Source: an uncultured Gammaproteobacteria bacterium (GTDB taxonomy: Bacteria; Pseudomonadota; Gammaproteobacteria; HyVt-429). Taken from it: DNA of 64,000 nt. Below the pieces are notes generated by a model that worked only from the letters and a program-made list of their open reading frames with translations, was not told the origin of the DNA and did not search any database. Position 1 is the stretch's first letter. The number at the start of each line of letters is the position of its first letter. Made by a program: the position numbers and the translations under genes. Below are positions 10,408 to 19,859 of this stretch, piece by piece. The stretch spans positions 9,522-73,521 of the forward strand of contig CAMYOD010000037.1 of assembly GCA_947259975.1 (NCBI GenBank). The letters are read 5' to 3'.

Positions 10408-11190
10408 CTACAGATAGGCGCGTACCAGCGTGCTCCCGGTTACGTGACGCATGAGTACGGTATCGAGATCAAAGTCGGGATCCATCTCGACGGCGCGGGC
10501 CGTCGCTACACCGATGCTGTTGGCGGTGGCCAAATGACGCAGCCACTCGAACTCCGCCGGCGGCAAGGGACGAAACTCGACGTCGAGTTCACGCCGCAGC
10601 ACCAGTAGTGTTACGCCGCCCGCGTCGAGATCGATGGTCGCCTTACCTTCGTCGCTGGCGTCGAACTCGTTTTGATTGACTTCCCAGATGCGTAAGATCG
10701 GATACGGTGACTGCAACAGGCGGCTCGCCGGATGCAGCGCGAACTTGATCTGTTCGTGGTTTGCGGCCGGGATTGCCGCCAGCGACTCCAGGGCCAGCGG
10801 TTCGTGATCGGCGGCATGGAAGACTTCGTGATAGGCCCATTCGAGGCGCGCGACGTCCGGCAGGTAAGCCAACTGGTCGGCGCCCGGGAACGGCGCCAGG
10901 AATTCGGCGAAACTGCCGCCGAAGTCGTGGAGATCGCCGGAGGTGGACGGCTGCGTCTGGATATACTGTCGCGCCGCGTGGGCAAAAAACTCGTTGCCGA
11001 CGAGCTTTTCGACCACGGGAAATACCGCGCGCAGAGCCTCGGTCAGACTCACAAACATATTATTGCGGTAGACCTGCAGTCGCCGCGGGCCGGTGAGGCC
11101 GTTGGCGCGAACAGTCTGCGCGAGCGCGGTGGTCTCGCCCGTAAATACCGCGTCGGCGAAGGCCTGCTGCAATTTACGCAACCCGGACAC
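10408..11190 (-). CDS. DUF2063-family protein (HvfC/MbnC/TglI-like partner of DUF692 enzymes)
   Basis: 260 aa, N-terminus MSGLRKLQQAFADAVF...; its size and its position immediately 3' of, and 17 bp overlapping, the DUF692 gene fit this family. Confidence 0.6.
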   Translation of the reverse strand: MSGLRKLQQAFADAVFTGETTALAQTVRANGLTGPRRLQVYRNNMFVSLTEALRAVFPVVEKLVGNEFFAHAARQYIQTQPSTSGDLHDFGGSFAEFLAPFPGADQLAYLPDVARLEWAYHEVFHAADHEPLALESLAAIPAANHEQIKFALHPASRLLQSPYPILRIWEVNQNEFDASDEGKATIDLDAGGVTLLVLRRELDVEFRPLPPAEFEWLRHLATANSIGVATARAVEMDPDFDLDTVLMRHVTGSTLVRAYL

Positions 11191-12037
11191 GTTTTTCGCT
11201 CCTTATCGTATCGGCCTTGCGCGCCTCGTCCAGCAGGACGTCGAACGGTGGTACGTCCGTATCCCACTCGATCAAGGTGGGCACGGCGCGGAAGCGGTGT
11301 ATCGCCCTACGGTATAATTCCCAGACATCGTCCGCGACTCGCTGGTTGTGTGTGTCGATCAGAATCTCACCGTCATCGAATCGGTTGACTGTGAAGCCGG
11401 CGAGATGAATCTCCTGGACCGGCGCGATCGGTACCGCATTCAGAAAGGTGAGTGGATCGAAACCGTGGTTGCGCGAATTGACATAGATATTATTGACATC
11501 CAGCAGGATACCGCAACCGGAGCGTTCGGCCACCGCAGTCAGGTATTCCCATTCGGGAACGGTTGACGTCTCGTATTCCAGATAACTCGAAACATTTTCG
11601 ATCAGAATCTGCCGGCCGAGGACATCCTGTACTCGGGCGATCTGCCCGCTGATATGCTCGAGGGTCGCCTCGGTATAGGGCAGCGGCAAGAGGTCGTTCA
11701 GGTAGCGACCGTTCACCGAGCTCCATGACAGGTGCTCGGACACCAGGAATGGTTGGTAGCGATCGATGAGACCCTTAAGTTTGTTGAGATGAGACTTGTT
11801 CGGGGCCTCCGCCGCGCCAAGTGATAGGCCGACGCCGTGCAGGCTTAAAGGGTAATCGCGACGGATTTGGGTCAGGTAGTGGTGCGGTTTTCCGCCGGCA
11901 CCGAAATAGTTTTCGCTGTGGACTTCAAACCAGCCCACGCCGGGTCGGCGTGACAATACATCGTCGTAGTGCTCGGCACGCAGACCCACACCGGTGCTGA
12001 CCGGTGTGGGTTCCGCATTGCTCGGAAGCCGCGCCAT
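11174..12037 (-). CDS. DUF692/UPF0276-family multinuclear non-heme iron enzyme (MbnB/HvfB/TglH-like)
   Basis: From the internal Met (MARLPSNAEP...) it reads VGLRAEHYDDVL...WFEVHSENYF...HGVGLSLG...FLVSEHLSW...ILIENVSSY, a TIM-barrel xylose-isomerase-like DUF692 pattern. The upstream extension of ORF 11174..12220 overlaps the precursor gene and was discarded. Confidence 0.7.
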   Translation of the reverse strand: MARLPSNAEPTPVSTGVGLRAEHYDDVLSRRPGVGWFEVHSENYFGAGGKPHHYLTQIRRDYPLSLHGVGLSLGAAEAPNKSHLNKLKGLIDRYQPFLVSEHLSWSSVNGRYLNDLLPLPYTEATLEHISGQIARVQDVLGRQILIENVSSYLEYETSTVPEWEYLTAVAERSGCGILLDVNNIYVNSRNHGFDPLTFLNAVPIAPVQEIHLAGFTVNRFDDGEILIDTHNQRVADDVWELYRRAIHRFRAVPTLIEWDTDVPPFDVLLDEARKADTIRSEKRVRVA

Positions 12038-12060
12038 GGGCTTGGTTGCTCGCGCGCCGA

Positions 12061-12327
12061 CTAACTCTTGGGCTCGGTCGATCCGCCGACGATCTTGTCG
12101 CAACTGCCCTTGGGTATATAGATCCAGGCATCGCCCTGACTGTCTTTGGTCGAGGTTCCGGCACAGGCGGTGGTGTTGGTCTGGCAGTCGTTCTTGCCGG
12201 CCTTCACCACGCCGTAGCACTTTTCCATGGGCGGCGGCGCGGCCATGGCTTGACCGGCGGCGGCCGCGGCGCCGAGGGCAATCAGGCCGCTGATGGCGGT
12301 GGTCACAACGTGTTTCTTGCTCTTCAT
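12061..12327 (-). CDS. DUF2282-family secreted Cys-containing small protein (HvfA-like precursor/substrate)
   Basis: 88 aa with signal peptide MKSKKHVVTTAISGLIALGAAAAAGQAMA, then MEKCYGVVKAGKNDCQTNTTACAGTS...WIYIPKGSCDKIVGG, a DUF2282 hallmark with four Cys. A strong RBS (aaggaggg) precedes the ATG. Confidence 0.7.
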   Translation of the reverse strand: MKSKKHVVTTAISGLIALGAAAAAGQAMAAPPPMEKCYGVVKAGKNDCQTNTTACAGTSTKDSQGDAWIYIPKGSCDKIVGGSTEPKS

Positions 12328-12552
12328 ATTTCCCTCCTTCGGGTTAATGTTTGGATATTATCTGTGTAGGGGCATACAAGCGCGATGCCGGGCATCACGG
12401 TGTGATGGATATTGTCCCACGCCGCTTGAGACTACCGCAGCAGTCAAAAGTTTCAATCAAGCATGCGCAACTGCGCTGATTGGGCTGAAAAAACAACAGG
12501 GTATGTGTTTTTCCCGCATCGACAAGCGGTGCGTTTGGTGGGAATTTATCAC

Positions 12553-13656
12553 CTAGTGGCGATAACTGCGGAACAGACTCACCACGGTTGAGTATTGGTG
12601 AAGCTGATTGGCGCCATCGAGCGGTCCGATCTCACCGTTGCCATAGAAGCCGATGAACGGCATGCCGGGGAAACGCGCCTTCATTAATTCGACGTCGCGG
12701 TCGCGGTTGCCGTAAAAGGATGGGCCGCGGCCGATGCAGGGGAACAAAAGTCCGAAATCCGGCTCGCCGGATAGTCCGCCGCGGGCCCGTTCAATCGCCG
12801 CCGCCATATCGCGCTCCGAGGCGAGCGCGTCGCGCATGGCCCAGAACAATCGGTCGCCGCGCATCATCGGATGCGAAAGCGTAATCGAGCGATTGGTGGA
12901 ATCGGCGGAGATGATGTGGTTGAGGCGGTAACGACCCTCGCTGATGGCGGTTTCCGGGTCGCCGAAGGTCACACCGCCGATCAGCAAGTGCAGCGGGATC
13001 TGATCCATCTCGCGGGTGCCGGCGGGCAGGGACTTGATCAACACATTGAGCGCCGGATAGTTTCCCAGCCGCATGATCTCGTAGCCGTCAGCCTCGGCGA
13101 CCTCGATGGGTGCGGTGAGGGCGCGTATGCCCTGCGACACGCTGAGCGCATCTTCGACTCCGCCGATGACGGCATCGGCGGTGCCGCAATCCGCCACGCG
13201 CGCACCAGACCAGACACAAAACGGCCCGCGTGCGGCCAGGTCCGCGGATACGGCGCCGACACGACGCAAGGGTGCATCCAGCCAATCGGCGGTCAGCCCC
13301 TGTGGTGTGCACAGGCTGAGCACCGGCTTGTCGTTTTCGCCCTTCATGAGCGGGTTCAGGGAAATGGGGTCACCAAAGACCATCGCCGCCGCACCCGGGC
13401 TGTCGAGTACCCAATCCTGGTCCGTGATCAAGCCCGGACCGCTGCAGCCGACTACTTGCATGCAGCCGGCCTGCCGCGCCGCCGCGCGTAACGCCGGGCT
13501 CGGATCCTCCGCGTACTCGGCGGTCAGGAATAACACCACGCCGCGTACACATTCGATGTCCGCGCGCTCGATGGCCTGTGCCACCGCCTGCGCCGCATGC
13601 TGCGGGTCGGCGCGCATGCCGTGACTAAGACCAGTGCCTACCAAACCGGTGCTCAT
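12553..13656 (-). CDS. FIST-domain sensory protein (FIST N + FIST C)
   Basis: 367 aa, soluble. Its glycine-rich segments and overall size are consistent with the FIST family. The start overlaps the nth stop (ATGA). Family call is moderate. Confidence 0.55.
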   Translation of the reverse strand: MSTGLVGTGLSHGMRADPQHAAQAVAQAIERADIECVRGVVLFLTAEYAEDPSPALRAAARQAGCMQVVGCSGPGLITDQDWVLDSPGAAAMVFGDPISLNPLMKGENDKPVLSLCTPQGLTADWLDAPLRRVGAVSADLAARGPFCVWSGARVADCGTADAVIGGVEDALSVSQGIRALTAPIEVAEADGYEIMRLGNYPALNVLIKSLPAGTREMDQIPLHLLIGGVTFGDPETAISEGRYRLNHIISADSTNRSITLSHPMMRGDRLFWAMRDALASERDMAAAIERARGGLSGEPDFGLLFPCIGRGPSFYGNRDRDVELMKARFPGMPFIGFYGNGEIGPLDGANQLHQYSTVVSLFRSYRH

Positions 13657-14288
13657 GCCTTTACTTTATCCTTATATTCACACAAGTCAAAAATGACGCA
13701 TTCATGACACTTCGGTCTACGCGCAGTACAGGTATAGCGACCGTGCAAAATGAGCCAGTGGTGGGCATCGTGGCGGAATTCCACCGGCACCAGCTTGAGC
13801 AGCTTGCGCTCGACGGCGAGCACGGTCTTGCCCGGTGCCAGACGGGTGCGGTTTGAGACACGGAAGATATGGGTATCCACGGCGATGGTCGGTTCGCCGA
13901 ACGCGGTATTCAAAATAACATTTGCGGTTTTACGCCCCACACCCGGCAGCGCCTCAAGGGCCTCACGCGAGGTAGGCACCTCGCCATCGTGTTCTTGTAT
14001 CAGGATCGCGCATGTCCTCATGATGTTGGCGGCCTTGGTGTTGAACAGGCCGATGGTCTTGATGTGCGTTTTCAGTTTACCTAAGCCGAGATCGAGGATC
14101 GCCTGCGGCGTGCCAGCGACCGCGAACAATCGGCTGGTCGCCTTATTGACACTGATGTCGGTTGCCTGCGCCGACAGAATCACCGCGATCAGTAGCTGAA
14201 ATGGATCGCGGTATACCAGTTCTGTGGTCGGAGCGGGATTGACGGCTTTGAATCGCTCGAAGATCTCGCGACGCTTGGCGGCGTTCAT
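13653..14288 (-). CDS. nth: endonuclease III
   Basis: 211 aa with HhH-GPD (LPGVGRKTANVIL) and a C-terminal 4Fe-4S CxxxxxxCxxC...C motif (CTARRPKCHECVIFDLC). It follows the rnf operon as in E. coli rsxABCDGE-nth. Confidence 0.9.
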   Translation of the reverse strand: MNAAKRREIFERFKAVNPAPTTELVYRDPFQLLIAVILSAQATDISVNKATSRLFAVAGTPQAILDLGLGKLKTHIKTIGLFNTKAANIMRTCAILIQEHDGEVPTSREALEALPGVGRKTANVILNTAFGEPTIAVDTHIFRVSNRTRLAPGKTVLAVERKLLKLVPVEFRHDAHHWLILHGRYTCTARRPKCHECVIFDLCEYKDKVKA

Positions 14289-14328
14289 GTTGGGCGATGC
14301 AGGAGCGGATGACCGGCGCGTGGCGGCG

Positions 14329-15021
14329 CTAGGATTCGGTCACCGGGGCCGCGGTCGCAGCTGGCAGCGCGGCACGGCGTTGTTCCAATCGGCGATCAAT
14401 TACGTTTTTGAGCGCAATCAGCAGACCGAGGCCGATAAATGCGCCCGGTGGCAGGACCGCGAGCAGAAAGCCACGGTAGTCGGGAAACGGGGTCAGGGTC
14501 AGTTCACGGGCCCACTCGCCCAGAACCAGGTGTGTGTTCGCGAACAGTGTGCCGAAACCGATGAATTCACGCAGGGTGCCCAGCACTACTAACGCGCAGG
14601 TGAATCCCAGTCCCATGGTCAGCCCATCCAGTAACGCACGATCGACGCGTTGTTTCGATGCGAACGCCTCGGCACGCCCGATGATGGCGCAGTTTGTCAC
14701 GATCAGCGGTACGAAGATGCCGAGGATCTTGTACAAATCGTACAGGTAGGCATGCATCAGGAGTTCGACGATGGTGACAAAGGCCGCGATTACCAGCACA
14801 AAGACCGGGATACGAATCTCCTTGGGTACCGCGTTGCGAATCAGAGAGACGGTCACGTTTGAGCCGATCAGCACCAGGGTGGTTGCGAGGCCGAGACTCA
14901 CGGCGTTGACGATTGTGCCGCTGACGGCAAGCAAGGGACACAGGCCGAGCAACTGCGCCAGCGCAGGATTGTTATCCCAGAAGCCATCACGGGCGATTCT
15001 TCGGTAGCTGACTTCACTCAT
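14329..15021 (-). CDS. rnfE: electron transport complex subunit RnfE/RsxE
   Basis: Aligns with E. coli RsxE: [33 protein letters not shown]. Confidence 0.9.
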   Translation of the reverse strand: MSEVSYRRIARDGFWDNNPALAQLLGLCPLLAVSGTIVNAVSLGLATTLVLIGSNVTVSLIRNAVPKEIRIPVFVLVIAAFVTIVELLMHAYLYDLYKILGIFVPLIVTNCAIIGRAEAFASKQRVDRALLDGLTMGLGFTCALVVLGTLREFIGFGTLFANTHLVLGEWARELTLTPFPDYRGFLLAVLPPGAFIGLGLLIALKNVIDRRLEQRRAALPAATAAPVTES

Positions 15022-15658
15022 GGTTTTGCGATACCGTCGTCGTGCCCGTGTTCAGAAGCGTGTCGCGATGCATGGCAAAAAACTGCAGGCTGTTTTTGAT
15101 CGCCTTGACGATGGCGCGCGGTGTAATGGTTGCGCCGGTCAGTTGCTCGAAATCACCGCCGTCTTTACGCACCCGCCAGCGCGTCGGATTCGGTGCGCTG
15201 AGCGAACGGCCGTCAAAACCACTGATCCAGGGTGAACGTTCAATCTCGATAGCATCACCCAGCCCGGGCGTTTCGCGGTGACTGACGACGCGCACGCCGG
15301 CGACGCGGCCGTCACGCTCAATTGCGACAAGTAACCTGATCGCGCCATTATAGCCATCGGGCGCCACGGCGGTGAAGGCGATGGCCTCAATACGGCCCGC
15401 CCGGCGTGCGCGATACCCGGTGGTGGTTGCCGTTGTGCCGAGCAAATCATTGGCCGGGATCTCAATCGTATCGGTGAGCAGGTCATTCTCGTGTTGCGCT
15501 TCCGGGATCAGTTCATTGAGTCGGCGCAGCAGGGCGTTGCGTTCGCTTTGCGCGATCTGTTCCCGCGTGTTCTCGTAGGTAAATGCGAGCAGTCCGGTGG
15601 CGACGACGGCGAACAGGCCGAGCAGCCACGTGGGACGCAGCAGCGCGCGCAGCATCAT
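15014..15658 (-). CDS. rnfG: electron transport complex subunit RnfG/RsxG
   Basis: 214 aa. N-terminal TM anchor, then an FMN-binding RnfG pattern (...[12 protein letters not shown]...[10 protein letters not shown]...TGATITPRA). Confidence 0.85.
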   Translation of the reverse strand: MMLRALLRPTWLLGLFAVVATGLLAFTYENTREQIAQSERNALLRRLNELIPEAQHENDLLTDTIEIPANDLLGTTATTTGYRARRAGRIEAIAFTAVAPDGYNGAIRLLVAIERDGRVAGVRVVSHRETPGLGDAIEIERSPWISGFDGRSLSAPNPTRWRVRKDGGDFEQLTGATITPRAIVKAIKNSLQFFAMHRDTLLNTGTTTVSQNHE

Positions 15659-16701
15659 GATCCGCGTCCCGTGTCGTGGCCGTAGGTCCGTGGACGCGTG
15701 TAGTGATCGATTACCGGAACCGCCATGTTCATGAGCAATACCGCAAAGGCGACGCCATCGGGGTAGCCGCCCCAGGTGCGTATGACATAGGTGAGCAGGC
15801 CGCAGCCGGCGCCGAACAGTAGCCGACCGCGCACAGTGGTGCTGGTCGTCACCGGGTCGGTGGCGATAAAGAACGCGCCCAGTATGGCTGCGCCGCCGGC
15901 GACATGAAATAGAGGTGAGGCGTAGCGATCAGGCGACCAGCCCCAGAAGATCGCCGCCATGACGGCGAGGCTGACGAGCATGGCGGCGGGAATATGCCAG
16001 GCGATCACGCGCCGATACAGCAACCACAAACCGCCGCCGAGAAAGGCCAGGCTCACCAGTTCCATGCCGGTGCCGGCAGCGGCGCCGAAGATCGGACTCG
16101 TGGCACGCACGGCGGCGACCGGCTCACCCAGGCCGACCTGGGTCTTGAGGCTGTCGAGCGCAGTGGCGGCGGTCAGCGCATCGAGGGTGACTACGTCAGG
16201 GAGTCGTGCGTACAGGCTGAACTGCAGGGATTCGAACAAGCCGAGCCCTTGCTCGATCAACGTATTGGGCGCAGTCCAGCGGGTCATTTCGATGGGAAAG
16301 GAGATGAGCAGGATGGCGTAGCCCGCCATGGCCGGGTTAAACGGGTTGTAACCCAGACCACCGTATAGCTGCTTGACCAGAACAATAGCCAGCAGACAGC
16401 CCAGCACCGGAATCCACCAGGGGCTTAGTGGCGGCAGGGCCAGCGCCAGCAGCACGGCGGTGAGGATCGCGCTGCCGTCCAGCAGAAACGGTCGCAGTGG
16501 ACGTTTGCGCAGCCGCAACATGACCGCCTCGGCCGTCAGCGCGGCGGTGATCGCCAATACGATGTTGATGACCACACCCCAGCCGAAATAGACAACGTAA
16601 ATGACGATGCCGGGGATCAGTGCGTAGAGGGTGTCTAACATCAAGCGACTGACACCCGCGTTTTGCGCCACGTGCGGGGAAGCGGTTTCCGGTGCGAACA
16701 T
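15655..16701 (-). CDS. rnfD: electron transport complex subunit RnfD/RsxD
   Basis: 348 aa polytopic membrane protein, RnfD/NqrB-like; its position between rnfC and rnfG and overlapping start/stop codons support the call. Confidence 0.85.
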   Translation of the reverse strand: MFAPETASPHVAQNAGVSRLMLDTLYALIPGIVIYVVYFGWGVVINIVLAITAALTAEAVMLRLRKRPLRPFLLDGSAILTAVLLALALPPLSPWWIPVLGCLLAIVLVKQLYGGLGYNPFNPAMAGYAILLISFPIEMTRWTAPNTLIEQGLGLFESLQFSLYARLPDVVTLDALTAATALDSLKTQVGLGEPVAAVRATSPIFGAAAGTGMELVSLAFLGGGLWLLYRRVIAWHIPAAMLVSLAVMAAIFWGWSPDRYASPLFHVAGGAAILGAFFIATDPVTTSTTVRGRLLFGAGCGLLTYVIRTWGGYPDGVAFAVLLMNMAVPVIDHYTRPRTYGHDTGRGS

Positions 16702-16729
16702 TTTAGTCGTGTGTCTTTATTCTGAACTC

Positions 16730-18400
16730 TTATTGATTATCCGGCGTTTCTCGATTCGATGATGACGTAACCGCATCCACAGTCTTGCTGGTCGGCGCCG
16801 CCTCCTGCCGTTCGGTTTGTGCGGCGATTGCATGTTTTACTTCGGCGATCTTCGCATCGCGGGCCGCGTTCAGCTCGGCGGTTTGCTCCATTCGTTTCTG
16901 CTCGGCACGTTCACGGGCGGCTTCAATTGCGGCCTGCCTGGTGCCGCCCGCGCCGGCATCTTTCAGCGCCGCGCGTTTGGCGGCGTGGCGCGCGGCGCGC
17001 TCCTGTTTGTCCCGCGCCAGGCGGAAGGCACGAAATTCAGTGCGCTGGCGCGCAATGTCCGCCTTGCGCTTGTTCCGTTCCTGGGCCCAGATCTCGGTCT
17101 TCGCAAAGCGGTAGTACTGTACCAGCGGAATGTGGCTCGGGCACACATAGCTGCACAGTCCGCATTCGATGCAGTCGAACAGGTTATATGACTGTACCGT
17201 GTCGAATTCTTTCGCCTGCGCGTGCCAGTACAGTTGTTGCGGTAACAGACTGGCCGGACAGACTTCGGCGCAGCGGCCGCAGCGGATACAGGGTAACGTT
17301 GCGTGCCCGACATCGAGTTCGTCGGCGGCCAGGGACAACACGCAATTGGTGGCCTTAATGACTGGCACGCTATCGGATTCGAGGCTAAAGCCCATCATGG
17401 GGCCGCCCATCACGAGTCGTTGTGCGGCATTGTGATAGCCGCCACATTGTTCAATCAGTTCGTGCATAGGTGTGCCGATGAGAACCTCCAGATTGCGCGG
17501 TGTGCGGACGCCGCCGCCGGAGACCGTGACCACACGCGAGATAAGCGGTTCACCCGCGTCGATCGCGCGTTGCAGGGCCGCGGCGGTGGCTACATTTTGG
17601 CAGACCACGCCGATGTCCGGTGGCAGGCCGTCACTGGGCACCTCCTTGCCGGTAAGCACCTGAATCAACTGGCGCTCACCACCGGCGGGATAACGTGTGG
17701 GTACGGGCACGACCTCGATAGCGCCAAAGGCCGCGGCAGCGGCGGACATAGCCGCGATCGCTTGCGGTTTGTCGTCCTCGATACCGACCAGGCATTCATC
17801 GGCCTGCAAGGCGTGCATCATGATTTGCGCGCCGCGCAGGATCGCCTGCGGTTGTTCCCGCATCAACATGTCATCACAGGTGATATACGGCTCGCACTCG
17901 GCGCCGTTCAACACCAGGGTACGCACCCTGTGATGGGGCCCCGGGTTCATTTTTATGAAGCTGGGAAAGGCGGCACCCCCGAGGCCGACCAGGCCGGCGC
18001 AGCGAATGCGATTGCGCAAATCACTCAAGTCGAGCTGCGCGTAGTCCGTGATCGGTGTGCGATCCACCCAACGGTCTTCGCCGTCGGTTTCGATCACGAT
18101 CGTCGGGGCGTCCAGCCCCGAGGCGTGGGGGACGGGTAATAACGTCACATCCACCACGGTACCTGAACTCGAAGCATGTACCGGCGCACCCACATAGTCG
18201 GTGGCCTTGGCGATCATCTGCCCCTTCAGGACATGGTCCCCGGGGGCCACCAACGTTTCACTGGGCTCGCCGATGTGTTGATGCAGCGGCAGATACAGCC
18301 GTTTCGGCAGCACCGCCCGCAAGATCGCTTGCGACGTCGAAATGTGTTTATGACCGGGCAGTCGCAGGCCGCCGGGAAAATCGTGTAGTGGACGATTCAT
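16730..18400 (-). CDS. rnfC: electron transport complex subunit RnfC/RsxC
   Basis: 556 aa with two ferredoxin-type 4Fe-4S motifs ([24 protein letters not shown]) and an NADH-binding fold. An Ala/Glu/Arg-rich C-terminal tail is present, as in RsxC. Confidence 0.9.
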   Translation of the reverse strand: MNRPLHDFPGGLRLPGHKHISTSQAILRAVLPKRLYLPLHQHIGEPSETLVAPGDHVLKGQMIAKATDYVGAPVHASSSGTVVDVTLLPVPHASGLDAPTIVIETDGEDRWVDRTPITDYAQLDLSDLRNRIRCAGLVGLGGAAFPSFIKMNPGPHHRVRTLVLNGAECEPYITCDDMLMREQPQAILRGAQIMMHALQADECLVGIEDDKPQAIAAMSAAAAAFGAIEVVPVPTRYPAGGERQLIQVLTGKEVPSDGLPPDIGVVCQNVATAAALQRAIDAGEPLISRVVTVSGGGVRTPRNLEVLIGTPMHELIEQCGGYHNAAQRLVMGGPMMGFSLESDSVPVIKATNCVLSLAADELDVGHATLPCIRCGRCAEVCPASLLPQQLYWHAQAKEFDTVQSYNLFDCIECGLCSYVCPSHIPLVQYYRFAKTEIWAQERNKRKADIARQRTEFRAFRLARDKQERAARHAAKRAALKDAGAGGTRQAAIEAARERAEQKRMEQTAELNAARDAKIAEVKHAIAAQTERQEAAPTSKTVDAVTSSSNRETPDNQ

Positions 18401-18945
18401 TGCCGCGATCCCATCCCCTGCGGATAAGGCCAGGTCCAGGTTTCGATGGTGTCGCTAATGGGCACCATCTCGATGCAGTCCACCGGGCATGGCGGCAGGC
18501 AAAGGTCGCAACCGGTGCATTCCTCGGCAATCACGGTATGCATTTGTTTCGGGGCACCGAGAATCGCATCTACCGGGCAGGCCTGAATGCACAGCGTGCA
18601 GCCGATGCAGGTTTCTTCGTCGATGACCGCGACGGTCTTCGGCGCGGTCTCGCCGTGCTCCGCGTTGAGGGGTTTGGGTTCCCTGCCCAGCAGATCGGCG
18701 AGCGCCTGAATCGTCGTCTCGCCGCCGGGTGGACATTGATTGATGTCGGCTTCGTCGCGGGCCATGGCTTCGGCGTAAGGGCGACAGCCGGCAAAGGTAC
18801 ACTGGCCGCACTGGGTTTGCGGTAACAGCGCATCGATCTCGTCCACCAGGGGGTCGCCCTCGACGCGAAAGCGGATGGCGGCATAACCTAGGATTGCGCC
18901 GAACAATACGGCCAACCCGGTCACAATGGCGACGGCTTCAAACAT
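18397..18945 (-). CDS. rnfB: electron transport complex subunit RnfB/RsxB
   Basis: 182 aa with an N-terminal TM helix, a CGQCTFAGC cluster, and two ferredoxin motifs ([24 protein letters not shown]). Confidence 0.9.
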   Translation of the reverse strand: MFEAVAIVTGLAVLFGAILGYAAIRFRVEGDPLVDEIDALLPQTQCGQCTFAGCRPYAEAMARDEADINQCPPGGETTIQALADLLGREPKPLNAEHGETAPKTVAVIDEETCIGCTLCIQACPVDAILGAPKQMHTVIAEECTGCDLCLPPCPVDCIEMVPISDTIETWTWPYPQGMGSRQ

Positions 18946-19002
18946 GGATAGGGTGCCGTGTGCTCAAGAATCGATTGGCAAGAAGTAATTTGACGACCGC
19001 CA

Positions 19003-19578
19003 CTAAACCAGGCCGGAAAAACCCATAAAGGCGATGCTCATCAGGCCCGCCGTGATCAGCGCGATGGCCGCACCCTTGAATGGCGCGGGTACGTCAGCAA
19101 CGTCCAGGCGTTCACGGATCCCGGCGAACAGGATTAGCACCAGAGAGAATCCCAGCGCGGCGCCGAAACCGTACAGCGCCGACTCGATAAAGCCCTTGCT
19201 CTCCTGGATGTTGAGTAACGCGACACCGAGTACCGCACAGTTGGTGGTAATCAGCGGCAGGAAAATCCCCAATACCTGGTACAGCAATGGGCTGGTCTTG
19301 TGCACGACCATCTCGGTGAACTGCACCACGGCCGCGATCACCAGGATAAAGGACAGGGTGCGCAGGTAACCCAGATCGAAGGGTTCCAGTAGATAGGTAT
19401 TGATCAGATAACTGGCCACCGCGGACAGGGTCAACACGAAAGTGGTGGCCATGGCCATGCCCACCGCCGTATCGACCTTGCGCGACACGCCCATGAACGG
19501 GCACAGCCCGAGGAATTTCACCAGCACGAAGTTGTTGACCAACACCGTGCCGACCAGAATCAGCGCGTATTCCGCCAT
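19003..19578 (-). CDS. rnfA: electron transport complex subunit RnfA/RsxA
   Basis: Near-identical core to E. coli RsxA: [41 protein letters not shown]. Confidence 0.9.
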   Translation of the reverse strand: MAEYALILVGTVLVNNFVLVKFLGLCPFMGVSRKVDTAVGMAMATTFVLTLSAVASYLINTYLLEPFDLGYLRTLSFILVIAAVVQFTEMVVHKTSPLLYQVLGIFLPLITTNCAVLGVALLNIQESKGFIESALYGFGAALGFSLVLILFAGIRERLDVADVPAPFKGAAIALITAGLMSIAFMGFSGLV

Positions 19579-19859
19579 GCCAGAAGCTTATTTGTTACCT
19601 AACCGGTTGATCGGATGTGTAAAACGAGACACATAGTATGAGGATGGCGCCGTCGTGACACAACCTGACAACAAATAGGGGCGAGGAGCGAGGAACCAGT
19701 GTCGAGGAACGAAACCTGAAGGAGCGCCGCCCTCGGCGGGTTCTATTCGCGGCCAGGGGCCGCGCCTACCGAAGAACAGGGACGAGGGTCGAGGAATCAG
19801 TGTCGAGGAACGAAGTGGGCCGGGGCGCTGCCTTGGTGCGAATCCTTCGTTGCCTGCGG

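Noticed and set aside
12293-12556. 87-aa plus-strand ORF in the promoter region of the DUF2282 operon
   Set aside because: A Cys/Phe-rich translation with no signal peptide logic or RBS; the region is more plausibly the operon's regulatory DNA.
17303-18139. 278-aa plus-strand ORF inside rnfC
   Set aside because: It is antisense to the conserved RnfC coding region; a GC-skew artefact.
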